From Schmidtea polychroa (Eukaryota): DNA of 64,000 bases. Shown here in pieces: positions 35,640 through 50,900 of this stretch. The notes beneath the pieces were generated by a model. That model had not been told where the DNA came from, did not search any database, and saw nothing but the letters and a program-made list of their open reading frames with translations. A program made the translations under genes and the position numbers. Within the stretch, counting starts at the first letter, position 1, and each line of letters starts with the position of its first letter. The stretch spans positions 2,482,001-2,546,000 of the forward strand of contig CM097885.1 of NCBI GenBank assembly GCA_044892525.1. Direction: 5' to 3'.

Positions 35640-35900
35640 GTGAAATTGGAGATTCAGTGATAATAATCAATAATAATTTGGGCCTGATTACAATGGGAAC
35701 ATGTGAGGGACCGAGGGAAGTTGGTGGGTAACTTATCTACCACCTATGTTACACATACTTTTTATTCCCTTTGTTGATCCATGAAGATCTCAGGTAATCA
35801 ATAGTCTTGATCCCAGCACTGATCTCGTGATATTTTTATACGGTGAGACTTTGGATATTCTGGCCAGTCTTTGTGGTTTTTTTCTTTTTCCATCTATTTT

Positions 35901-38900
35901 CTATCTGATATCACTGCCCATATCTTCCCTATCTGATATCGCTAGCCATATCTTCCCTATCTGATATCACTGCCCATATCTTCCCTATCTGATATCACTG
36001 CATATCTTCCCTATCTGATATCACTGCATATCTTCATTATCTGATATCACTGTCCATATCTTCCCTATCTGATATCACTGCCCACATCTTCCCTATCCGA
36101 TATCACTGCATATCTTCCCTATCTAATATCGCGGCCCATATCTTCCCTATCTGATATCACTGCCCATATCTTCCCTATCTGATATCACTGTCCATATCTT
36201 CCCTATCTGATATCACTGCCCATATCTTCCCTATCTGATATCACTGGCCATATCTTCCTTATCTGATATCACTGCATATCTTCCCTATCTGATATCACTG
36301 CCCATATCTTCCCTATCTGATATCACTGCCCATATCTTCCCTATCTGATATCACTGGCCATATCTTCCCTATCTGATATCACTGGCCATATCTTCCCTAT
36401 CTGACATCACTGCCCATATCTTTCCTATCTGATATCACTGCCCATATCTTCCCTATCTGATATCGCTGCCCATATCTTCCCTATCTGACATCACTGCCCA
36501 TATCTTTCCTATCTGATATCACTGCCCATATCTTCCCTATCTGATATCACTGCCCATATCTTCCCTATCTGATATTGCTGCCTATATCTTCCCTATCTGA
36601 TATCACTGCCCATATCTTTCCTATCTGATATCACTGCCAATATCTTCCCTATCTGATATCACTGCCCATATCTTCCCTATCTGATATCACTGCCCATATC
36701 TTCCCTATCTGATATCACTGCCCATATCTTCCCTATCTGATATCACTGTCCATATCTTCCCTATCTGATATCGCTGTCCATATCTTCCCTATCTGATATC
36801 ACTGCATATCTTCCCTATCTGATATCACTGTCCATATCTTCCCTATCTGATATCACTGCCCATATCTTCCCTATCTGACATCACTGCCCATATCTTCCCT
36901 ATCTCATATCACTGCCAATATCTTCCCTATCTGATATCACTGCATATCTTCCCTATCTGATATCGCTGCCCATATCTTCCCTATCTGATATCACTGCCAA
37001 TATCTTCCCTATCTGATATCACTGCATATCTTCCCTATCTTATATCAATGCCCATATCTTCCCTATCTGGTATCACTGTCAATATCTTCCCTATCTGATA
37101 TCAGAGCAAATCTTCCTTATCTGATATCACTGCCCATATCTTCCCTATCTGATATCAGAGCAAATCTTCCTTATCTGATATCGCTGCCTATATCTTCCCT
37201 ATCTGATATCACTGCCCATATCTTTCCTATCTGATATCACTGCCAATATCTTCCCTATCTGATATCACTGCCCATATCTTCCCTATCTGATATCACTGCC
37301 CATATCATCCCTATCTGATATCACTGCCCATATCTTCCCTATCTGACATCACTGCCCATACCTTCCCTATCTGATATCACTGCCCATATCTTCCCTATCT
37401 GATATCACTGCCCATATCTTCCCTATCTGATATCACTGCCCATATTTTCCCTATCTGATATCACTGTCCATATCTTCCCTATCTGATATCACTGCCCATA
37501 TCTTCCCTATCTGATATCACTGCATATCTTCATTATCTGATATGACTGCCCATATCTTCCCTATCTGATATCGCTGCCCATATCTTCCCTATCTGATATC
37601 ACTGCCCACATCTTCCCTATCTGATATCACTGCCCATATCTTCCCTATCTGATATCGCTGCCCATATCTTCCCAATCTGATATCACTGCCAATATCTTCC
37701 CTATCTGATATCGCTGCCCATATCTTCCCTATCTGACATCACTGCCCATACCTTCCCTATCTGATATCACTGCCCATATCTTCCCTATCTGATATCACTG
37801 CCCATATCTTCCCTATCTGATATCACTGCCCATATCTTCCCTATCTGATATTGCTGCCTATATCTTCCCTATCTGATATCACTGCCCAAATCTTCCCTAT
37901 CTAATATCACTGCCCATATCTTCCATATCTGATATCGCTGCCCATATCTTCCCTATCTGATATCGCTGCCCATATCTTCCCTATCTGATATCACTGCATA
38001 TCTTCCCTATCTGATATCGCTGCCCATATCTTCCCAATCTGATATCACTGCCAATATCTTCCCTATCTGATATCGCTGCTCATATCTTCCCTATCTGACA
38101 TCACTGCCCATACCTTCCCTATCTGATATCGCTGCCTATATCTTCCCTATCTGATATCACTGCCCATATCTTCCCTATCTGATATCGCTGCCCATATCTT
38201 CCCTATCTGATATCACTGCATATCTTCCCTATCTGATATCACTGCCAATATCTTCCCTATCTGATATCGCTGCCCATATCTTCCCTATCTGACATCACTG
38301 CCCATACCTTCCCTATCTGATATCACCGCCCATATCTTCCCTATCTGATATCACTGCCCACATCTTCCCTATCTGAAATCACTGCATATCTTCCCTATCT
38401 GATATCACTGCATATCTTCATTATCTGATATCACTGCCCACATCTTCCCTATCTGATATCACTGCATATCTTCCCTATCTGATATCACTAGCCTTACCTT
38501 CCCTATCTGATATCACTGCCCATATCTTCCCTATCTGATATCGCTGCCCATATCTTCCCTATCTGATATCACTGCATATCTTCCCTATCTGATATCACTG
38601 CATATCTTCATTATCTGATATCACTGCCCATATCTTCCCTATCTGATATCACTGCCCATATCTTCCCTATCTGATATCACTGCCCATATCTTCCCTATCA
38701 GATATCACTGCCCATATCTTCCCTATCTGATATCACAGTCCATATCTTCCCTATCTGATATCACTGCCCATATCTTCCCTATCTGATATCACTGCCCATA
38801 TCTTCCCTATCTGATATCGCTGCCATTATTTTCCCTATCTGATATCACTGCCCATATCTTCCCTATCTGATATCGCTGCCATTATCTTCCCTATCTGATA

Positions 38901-41900
38901 TCGCTGCCCATATCTTCCCTATCTTATATCACTGCCCATATCTTCCCTATCTGATATCACTGCCCATATCTTCCCTATCTGATATCGCTGCCATTATCTT
39001 CCCTATCTGATATCACTGCCCATATCTTCCCTATCTGATATCGCTGCCCATATCTTCCCAATCTGATATCACTGCCAATATCTTCCCTATCTGATATCGC
39101 TGCCCATATCTTCCCTATCTGACATCACTGCCCATACCTTCCCTATCTGATATCACTGCCCATATCTTCCCTATCTGATATCACTGCCCATATCTTCCCT
39201 ATCTGATATCACTGCCCATATCTTCCCTATCTGATATCACTGCCCATATCTTCCCTATCTGATATTGCTGCCTATATCTTCCCTATCTGATATCACTGCC
39301 CATATCTTTCCTATCTGATATCACTGCCAATATCTTCCCTATCTGATATCACTGCCCAAATCTTCCCTATCTAATATCACTGCCCATATCTTCCATATCT
39401 GATATCGCTGCCCATATCTTCCCTATCTGATATCGCTGCCCATATCTTCCCTATCTGATATCACTGCATATCTTCCCTATCTGATATCGCTGCCCATATC
39501 TTCCCAATCTGATATCACTGCCAATATCTTCCCTATCTGATATCGCTGCTCATATCTTCCCTATCTGACATCACTGCCCATACCTTCCCTATCTGATATC
39601 GCTGCCTATATCTTCCCTATCTGATATCACTGCCCATATCTTCCCTATCTGATATCGCTGCCCATATCTTCCCTATCTGATATCACTGCATATCTTCCCT
39701 ATCTGATATCACTGCCAATATCTTCCCTATCTGATATCGCTGCCCATATCTTCCCTATCTGACATCACTGCCCATACCTTCCCTATCTGATATCACCGCC
39801 CATATCTTCCCTATCTGATATCACTGCCCACATCTTCCCTATCTGAAATCACTGCATATCTTCCCTATCTGATATCACTGCATATCTTCATTATCTGATA
39901 TCACTGCCCACATCTTCCCTATCTGATATCACTGCATATCTTCCCTATCTGATATCACTAGCCTTACCTTCCCTATCTGATATCACTGCCCATATCTTCC
40001 CTATCTGATATCGCTGCCCATATCTTCCCTATCTGATATCACTGCATATCTTCCCTATCTGATATCACTGCATATCTTCATTATCTGATATCACTGCCCA
40101 TATCTTCCCTATCTGATATCACTGCCCATATCTTCCCTATCTGATATCACTGCCCATATCTTCCCTATCAGATATCACTGCCCATATCTTCCCTATCTGA
40201 TATCACAGTCCATATCTTCCCTATCTGATATCACTGCCCATATCTTCCCTATCTGATATCACTGCCCATATCTTCCCTATCTGATATCGCTGCCATTATT
40301 TTCCCTATCTGATATCACTGCCCATATCTTCCCTATCTGATATCGCTGCCATTATCTTCCCTATCTGATATCGCTGCCCATATCTTCCCTATCTGATATC
40401 ACTGCCCATATCTTCCCTATCTGATATCACTGCCCATATCTTCCCTATCTGATATCGCTGCCATTATCTTCCCTATCTGATATCGCTGCCCATATCTTCC
40501 CTATCTGACATCACTGCCCATACCTTCCCTATCTGATATCACCGCCCATATCTTCCCTATCTGATATCACTGCCCATACCTTCCCTATCTGATATCACAG
40601 TCCATATCTTCCCTATCTGATATTGCTGCCAATATCTTCCCTATCTCATATCGCTGCCCATATCTTCCCTATCTGATATCACTGCCCATATCTTCCCTAT
40701 CTGATATCGCTGCCCATATCTTCCCTATCTGATATCACTGCCTATATCTTCCCTATCTGATATCACAGCCCTTAATTTCCCTATCTGATATCACTGCCCA
40801 TATCTTCCCTATCTGATATCACTGCATATCTTCCCTATCTGATATCGCTGCCCATATCTTCCCTATCTGATATCGCTGCCCATATCTTCCCTATCTGACA
40901 TCACTGCCCATACCTTCCCTATCTGATATCACTGCCCATATCTTCCCTATCTGATATCGCTGCCCATATCTTCCCAATCTGATATCACTGCATATCTTCC
41001 CTATCTGATATCGCTGCCCATATCTTCCCAATCTGATATCACTGCCAATATCTTCCCTATCTGATATCACTGCCCATATCTTCCCTAACTGATATCACTG
41101 CATATCTTCCCTATCTGATATCGCTGCCCATATCTTCCCTATCTGATATCGCTGCCCATATCTTCCCTATCTGACATCACTGCCCATACCTTCCCTATCT
41201 GATATCGCTGCCCATATCTTCCCTATCTGATATCGCTGCCCATATCTTCCCAATCTGATATCACTGCCAATATCTTCCCTATCTGATATCGCTGCCCATA
41301 TCTTCCCTATCTGACATCACTGCCCATACCTTCCCTATCTGATATCACTGCCCATATCTTCCCTATCTGATATCACTGCCCACATCTTCCCTATCTGATA
41401 TCGCTGCCCATATCTTCCCTATCTGATATCACTGCCAATATCTTCCCTATCTGATATCGCCTCCCATATCTTCCCTATCTGACATCACTGCCCATACCTT
41501 CCCTATCTGATATCACTGCCCATATCTTCCCTATCTGATATCACTGCCCATATCTTCCCTATCTGACATCACTGCCCATACCTTCCCTATCTGATATCGC
41601 TGCCCATATCTTCCCTATCTGATATCACTGCATATCTTCCCTATCTGATATCACTGCATATCTTCATTATCTGATATCACTGCCCATATCTTCCCTATCT
41701 GACATCACTGCCCATATCTTCCCTATCTGATATCACTGCCCATATCTTCCCTATCTGATATCACTGCCCATATCTTCCCTATCTGATATCACTGCATATC
41801 TTCATTATCTGATATCACTGCCCATATCTTCCCTATCTGATATCACTGCCCATATCTTCCCTATCTGATATCACTGCCCATATCTTCCCTATCTGATATC

Positions 41901-44900
41901 ACTGCATATCTTCATTATCTGATATCGCTGCCCATATCTTCCCTATCTGACATCACTGCCCACATCTTCCCTATCTGATATCACTGCATATCTTTCCTAT
42001 CTGATATCACTGCATATCTTCATTATCTGATATCACTGCCCACATCTTCCCTATCTGATATCACTGCATATCTTCCCTATCTGATATCACTGCATATCTT
42101 CCCTATCTGATATCACTGCCATATCTTCCCTATCTGATATCGCTGCCCATATCTTCCCTATCTGATATCACTGCATATCTTTCCTATCTGATATCACTGC
42201 ATATCTTCCCTATCTGACATCACTGCCCATATCTTCCCTATCTGATATCACTGCCCATATCTTCCCTATCTGATATCACTGCCCATATCTTCCCTATCTG
42301 ATATCACTGCCCATATCTTCCCTATCTGATATCGCTGCCCATATCTTCCCTATCTGACATCACTGCCCATACCTTCCCTATCTGATATCACTGCCTATAT
42401 CTTCCCTATCTGATATCACTGCCCATATCTTCCCTATCTGATATCGCTGCCCATATCTTCCCTATCTGATATCGCTGCCCATATCTTCCCTATCTGATAT
42501 CGCTGCCCATATCTTCCCTATCTGACATCACTGCCCATACCTTCCCTATCTGATATCACTGCCTATATCTTCCCTATCTGATATCACTGCCCATATCTTC
42601 CCTATCTGATATCGCTGCCCATATCTTCCCTATCTGATATCGCTGCCCATATCTTCCCTATCTGATATCGCTGCCCATATCTTCCCTATCTGACATCACT
42701 GCCCATACCTTCCCTATCTGATATCACTGCCCATATCTTCCCTATCTGATATCGCTGCCCATATCTTCCCTATCTGATATCACTGCATATCTTCATTATC
42801 TGATATCACTGCCCACATCTTCCCTATCTGATATCACTGCATATCTTCCCTATCTGATATCACTAGCCTTACCTTCCCTATCTGATATCACTGCCCATAT
42901 CTTCCCTATCTGATATCACTGCATATCTTCCCTATCTGATATCACTGCCCATATCTTCCCTATCTGACATCACTGCCCATATCTTCCCTATCTGATATCA
43001 CTGCCCATATCTTCCCTATCTGATATCACTGCCCATGTCTTCCCTATCTGATATCACTAGCCTTACCTTCCCTATCTGATATCACTGCCCATATCTTCCC
43101 TATCTGATATCACTGCATATCTTCCCTATCTGATATCACTGCATATCTTCATTATCTGATATCACTGCCCATATCTTCCCTATCTGACATCACTGCCCAT
43201 ATCTTCCCTATCTGATATCACTGCCCATATCTTCCCTATCTGATATCACTGCCCATATCTTCCCTATCAGATATCACTGCCCATATCTTCCCTATCTAAT
43301 ATCACAGTCCATATCTTCCCTATCTGATATCACTGCCCATATCTTCCCTATCTGATATCACTGCCCATATCTTCCCTATCTGATATCGCTGCCATTATCT
43401 TCCCTATCTGATATCACTGCATATCTTCCCTATCTCATATCGCTGCCCATATCTTCCCTATCTGATATCACTGCCAATATCTTCCCTATCTGATATCGCT
43501 GCCCATATCTTCCCTATCTGATATCGCTGCCCATATCTTCCCTATCTGATATCACTGCCTATATCTTCCCTATCTGATATCACAGCCCTTAATTTCCCTA
43601 TCTGATATCACTGCCCATATCTTCCCTATCTGATATCGCTGCCCATATCTTCCCTATCTGATATCGCTGCCCATATCTTCCCTATCTGATATCGCTGCCC
43701 ATATCTTCCCTATCTGACATCACTGCCCATACCTTCCCTATCTGATATCACTGCCCATATCTTCCATATCTGATATCGCTGCCAATGTCTTCCCTATCTG
43801 ATATCGCTGCCCATATCTTCCCAATCTGATATCACTGCATATCTTCCCTATCTGATATCGCTGCCCATATCTTCCCAATCTGATATCACTGCCAATATCT
43901 TCCCTATCTGATATCGCTGCCCATATCTTCCCTATCTGACATCACTGCCCATACCTTCCCTATCTGATATCACTGCCCATATCTTCCCTATCTGATATCA
44001 CTGCCCATATCTTCCCTATCTGATATCGCTGCCCATATCTTCCCTATCTGATATCACTGCCAATATCTTCCCTATCTGATATCGCTGCCCATATCTTCCC
44101 TATCTGACATCACTGCCCATACCTTCCCTATCTGATATCGCTGCCCATATCTTCCCAATCTGATATCACTGCCAATATCTTCCCTATCTGATATCGCTGC
44201 TCATATCTTCCCTATCTGACATCACTGCCCATACCTTCCCTATCTGATATCACTGCCCATATCTTCCCTATCTGATATCACTGCCCATATCTTCCCTATC
44301 TGATATCGCTGCCCATATCTTCCCTATCTGATATCACTGCATATCTTCCCTATCTGATATCGCTGCCCATATCTTCCCTATTTGATATCACTGCCAATAT
44401 CTTCCCTATCTGATATCGCTGCCCATATCTTCCCTATCTGACATCACTGCCCATACCTTCCCTATCTGATATCACCGCCCATATCTTCCCTATCTGATAT
44501 CACTGCCCACATCTTCCCTATCTGAAATCACTGCATATCTTCCCTATCTGATATCACTGCATATCTTCATTATCTGATATCACTGCCCACATCTTCCCTA
44601 TCTGATATCACTGCATATCTTCCCTATCTGATATCACTAGCCTTACCTTCCCTATCTGATATCACTGCATATCTTCCCTATCTGATATCACTGCATATCT
44701 TCATTATCTGATATCACTGCCCATATCTTCCCTATCTGACATCACTGCCCATATCTTCTCTATCTGATATCACTGCCCATATCTTCCCTATCTGATATCA
44801 CTGCCCATATCTTCCCTATCTGATATCACTGCCCATATCTTCCCTATCTGATATCGCTGCCCATATCTTCCCTATCTGATATCGCTGCCCATATCTTCCC

Positions 44901-47900
44901 TATCTGACATCACTGCCCATACCTTCCCTATCTGATATCACTGCCTATATCTTCCCTATCTGATATCACTGCCCATATCTTCCCTATCTGATATCGCTGC
45001 CCATATCTTCCCTATCTGATATCGCTGCCCATATCTTCCCTATCTGATATCGCTGCCCATATCTTCCCTATCTGACATCACTGCCCATACCTTCCCTATC
45101 TGATATCACTGCCTATATCTTCCCTATCTGATATCACTGCCCATATCTTCCCTATCTGATATCGCTGCCCATATCTTCCCTATCTGATATCACTGCATAT
45201 CTTCATTATCTGATATCACTGCCCACATCTTCCCTATCTGATATCACTGCATATCTTCCCTATCTGATATCACTAGCCTTACCTTCCCTATCTGATATCA
45301 CTGCCCATATCTTCCCTATCTGATATCACTGCATATCTTCCCTATCTGATATCACTGCCCATATCTTCCCTATCTGACATCACTGCCCATATCTTCCCTA
45401 TCTGATATCACTGCCCATATCTTCCCTATCTGATATCACTGCCCATGTCTTCCCTATCTGATATCACTAGCCTTACCTTCCCTATCTGATATCACTGCCC
45501 ATATCTTCCCTATCTGATATCACTGCATATCTTCCCTATCTGATATCACTGCATATCTTCATTATCTGATATCACTGCCCATATCTTCCCTATCTGACAT
45601 CACTGCCCATATCTTCCCTATCTGATATCACTGCCCATATCTTCCCTATCTGATATCACTGCCCATATCTTCCCTATCAGATATCACTGCCCATATCTTC
45701 CCTATCTAATATCACAGTCCATATCTTCCCTATCTGATATCACTGCCCATATCTTCCCTATCTGATATAACTGCCCATATCTTCCCTATCTGATATCGCT
45801 GCCATTATCTTCCCTATCTGATATCACTGCATATCTTCCCTATCTCATATCGCTGCCCATATCTTCCCTATCTGATATCACTGCCAATATCTTCCCTATC
45901 TGATATCGCTGCCCATATCTTCCCTATCTGATATCGCTGCCCATATCTTCCCTATCTGATATCACTGCCTATATCTTCCCTATCTGATATCACAGCCCTT
46001 AATTTCCCTATCTGATATCACTGCCCATATCTTCCCTATCTGATATCGCTGCCCATATCTTCCCTATCTGATATCGCTGCCCATATCTTCCCTATCTGAT
46101 ATCGCTGCCCATATCTTCCCTATCTGACATCACTGCCCATACCTTCCCTATCTGATATCACTGCCCATATCTTCCATATCTGATATCGCTGCCCATATCT
46201 TCCCTATCTGATATCGCTGCCCATATCTTCCCAATCTGATATCACTGCATATCTTCCCTATCTGATATCGCTGCCCATATCTTCCCAATCTGATATCACT
46301 GCCAATATCTTCCCTATCTGATATCGCTGCCCATATCTTCCCTATCTGACATCACTGCCCATACCTTCCCTATCTGATATCACTGCCCATATCTTCCCTA
46401 TCTGATATCACTGCCCATATCTTCCCTATCTGATATCGCTGCCCATATCTTCCCTATCTGATATCACTGCCAATATCTTCCCTATCTGATATCGCTGCCC
46501 ATATCTTCCCTATCTGACATCACTGCCCATACCTTCCCTATCTGATATCGCTGCCCATATCTTCCCAATCTGATATCACTGCCAATATCTTCCCTATCTG
46601 ATATCGCTGCTCATATCTTCCCTATCTGACATCACTGCCCATACCTTCCCTATCTGATATCACTGCCCATATCTTCCCTATCTGATATCACTGCCCATAT
46701 CTTCCCTATCTGATATCGCTGCCCATATCTTCCCTATCTGATATCACTGCATATCTTCCCTATCTGATATCGCTGCCCATATCTTCCCTATCTGATATCA
46801 CTGCCAATATCTTCCCTATCTGATATCGCTGCCCATATCTTCCCTATCTGACATCACTGCCCATACCTTCCCTATCTGATATCACCGCCCATATCTTCCC
46901 TATCTGATATCACTGCCCACATCTTCCCTATCTGAAATCACTGCATATCTTCCCTATCTGATATCACTGCATATCTTCATTATCTGATATCACTGCCCAC
47001 ATCTTCCCTATCTGATATCACTGCATATCTTCCCTATCTGATATCACTAGCCTTACCTTCCCTATCTGATATCACTGCATATCTTCCCTATCTGATATCA
47101 CTGCATATCTTCATTATCTGATATCACTGCCCATATCTTCCCTATCTGACATCACTGCCCATATCTTCTCTATCTGATATCACTGCCCATATCTTCCCTA
47201 TCTGATATCACTGCCCATATCTTCCCTATCTGATATCGCTGCCCATATCTTCCCTATCTGATATCACTGCATATCTTCCCTATCTGATATCACTGCATAT
47301 CTTCATTATCTGATATCACTGCCCATATCTTCCCTATCTGACATCACTGCCCATATCTTCTCTATCTGATATCACTGCCCATATCTTCCCTATCTGATAT
47401 CACTGCCCATATCTTCCCTATCTGACATCACTGCCCATATCTTCCCTATCTGACATCACTGCCCATATCTTCCCTATCTGATATCACTGCCCATATCTTC
47501 CCTATCTGATATCACTGCCCATATCTTCCCTATCAGATATCACTGCCCATATATTCCCTATCTGATATCACAGTCCATATCTTCCCTATCTGATATTGCT
47601 GCCCATATCTTCCCTATCTGATATCACTGCCCATATCTTCCCTATCTGATATCACTGCCCATATCTTCCCTATCTGATATCGCTGCCATTATCTTCCCTA
47701 TCTGATATCACTGCATATCTTCCCTATCTCATATCGCTGCCCATATCTTCCCTATCTGATATCACTGCCAATATCTTCCCTATCTGATATCGCTGCCCAT
47801 ATCTTCCCTATCTGATATCGCTGCCCATATCTTCCCTATCTGATATCACTGCCTATATCTTCCCTATCTGATATCACAGCCCTTAATTTCCCTATCTGAT

Positions 47901-50900
47901 ATCACTGCCCATATCTTCCCTATCTGATATCACTGCATATCTTCCCTATCTGATATCGCTGCCCATATCTTCCCTATCTGATATCGCTGCCCATATCTTC
48001 CCTATCTGATATCGCTGCCCATATCTTCCCTATCTGACATCACTGCCCATACCTTCCCTATCTGATATCACTGCCCATATCTTCCATATCTGATATCGCT
48101 GCCCATATCTTCCCTATCTGATATCGCTGCCCATATCTTCCCAATCTGATATCACTGCCAATATCTTCCCTATCTGATATCGCTGCCCATATCTTCCCTA
48201 TCTGACATCACTGCCCATACATTCCCTATCTGATATCACTGCCCATATCTTCCCTATCTGATATCACTGCCCATATCTTCCCTATCTGATATCGCTGCCC
48301 ATATCTTCCCTATCTGATATCACTGCCAATATCTTCCCTATCTGATATCGCTGCCCATATCTTCCCTATCTGACATCACTGCCCATACCTTCCCTATCTG
48401 ATATCGCTGCCCATATCTTCCCAATCTGATATCACTGCCAATATCTTCCCTATCTGATATCGCTGCTCATATCTTCCCTATCTGACATCACTGCCCATAC
48501 CTTCCCTATCTGATATCACTGCCCATATCTTCCCTATCTGATATCACTGCCCATATCTTCCCTATCTGATATCGCTGCCCATATCTTCCCTATCTGATAT
48601 CACTGCATATCTTCCCTATCTGATATCGCTGCCCATATCTTCCCTATTTGATATCACTGCCAATATCTTCCCTATCTGATATCGCTGCCCATATCTTCCC
48701 TATCTGACATCACTGCCCATACCTTCCCTATCTGATATCACCGCCCATATCTTCCCTATCTGATATCACTGCCCACATCTTCCCTATCTGAAATCACTGC
48801 ATATCTTCCCTATCTGATATCACTGCATATCTTCATTATCTGATATCACTGCCCACATCTTCCCTATCTGATATCACTGCATATCTTCCCTATCTGATAT
48901 CACTAGCCTTACCTTCCCTATCTGATATCACTGCATATCTTCCCTATCTGATATCACTGCATATCTTCATTATCTGATATCACTGCCCATATCTTCCCTA
49001 TCTGACATCACTGCCCATATCTTCTCTATCTGATATCACTGCCCATATCTTCCCTATCTGATATCACTGCCCATATCTTCCCTATCTGATATCACTGCCC
49101 ATATCTTCCCTATCTGATATCGCTGCCCATATCTTCCCTATCTGATATCGCTGCCCATATCTTCCCTATCTGACATCACTGCCCATACCTTCCCTATCTG
49201 ATATCACTGCCTATATCTTCCCTATCTGATATCACTGCCCATATCTTCCCTATCTGATATCGCTGCCCATATCTTCCCTATCTGATATCGCTGCCCATAT
49301 CTTCCCTATCTGATATCGCTGCCCATATCTTCCCTATCTGACATCACTGCCCATACCTTCCCTATCTGATATCACTGCCTATATCTTCCCTATCTGATAT
49401 CACTGCCCATATCTTCCCTATCTGATATCGCTGCCCATATCTTCCCTATCTGATATCACTGCATATCTTCATTATCTGATATCACTGCCCACATCTTCCC
49501 TATCTGATATCACTGCATATCTTCCCTATCTGATATCACTAGCCTTACCTTCCCTATCTGATATCACTGCCCATATCTTCCCTATCTGATATCACTGCAT
49601 ATCTTCCCTATCTGATATCACTGCCCATATCTTCCCTATCTGACATCACTGCCCATATCTTCCCTATCTGATATCACTGCCCATATCTTCCCTATCTGAT
49701 ATCACTGCCCATGTCTTCCCTATCTGATATCACTAGCCTTACCTTCCCTATCTGATATCACTGCCCATATCTTCCCTATCTGATATCACTGCATATCTTC
49801 CCTATCTGATATCACTGCATATCTTCATTATCTGATATCACTGCCCATATCTTCCCTATCTGACATCACTGCCCATATCTTCCCTATCTGATATCACTGC
49901 CCATATCTTCCCTATCTGATATCACTGCCCATATCTTCCCTATCAGATATCACTGCCCATATCTTCCCTATCTAATATCACAGTCCATATCTTCCCTATC
50001 TGATATCACTGCCCATATCTTCCCTATCTGATATAACTGCCCATATCTTCCCTATCTGATATCGCTGCCATTATCTTCCCTATCTGATATCACTGCATAT
50101 CTTCCCTATCTCATATCGCTGCCCATATCTTCCCTATCTGATATCACTGCCAATATCTTCCCTATCTGATATCGCTGCCCATATCTTCCCTATCTGATAT
50201 CGCTGCCCATATCTTCCCTATCTGATATCACTGCCTATATCTTCCCTATCTGATATCACAGCCCTTAATTTCCCTATCTGATATCACTGCCCATATCTTC
50301 CCTATCTGATATCGCTGCCCATATCTTCCCTATCTGATATCGCTGCCCATATCTTCCCTATCTGATATCGCTGCCCATATCTTCCCTATCTGACATCACT
50401 GCCCATACCTTCCCTATCTGATATCACTGCCCATATCTTCCATATCTGATATCGCTGCCCATATCTTCCCTATCTGATATCGCTGCCCATATCTTCCCAA
50501 TCTGATATCACTGCATATCTTCCCTATCTGATATCGCTGCCCATATCTTCCCAATCTGATATCACTGCCAATATCTTCCCTATCTGATATCGCTGCCCAT
50601 ATCTTCCCTATCTGACATCACTGCCCATACCTTCCCTATCTGATATCACTGCCCATATCTTCCCTATCTGATATCACTGCCCATATCTTCCCTATCTGAT
50701 ATCGCTGCCCATATCTTCCCTATCTGATATCACTGCCAATATCTTCCCTATCTGATATCGCTGCCCATATCTTCCCTATCTGACATCACTGCCCATACCT
50801 TCCCTATCTGATATCGCTGCCCATATCTTCCCAATCTGATATCACTGCCAATATCTTCCCTATCTGATATCGCTGCTCATATCTTCCCTATCTGACATCA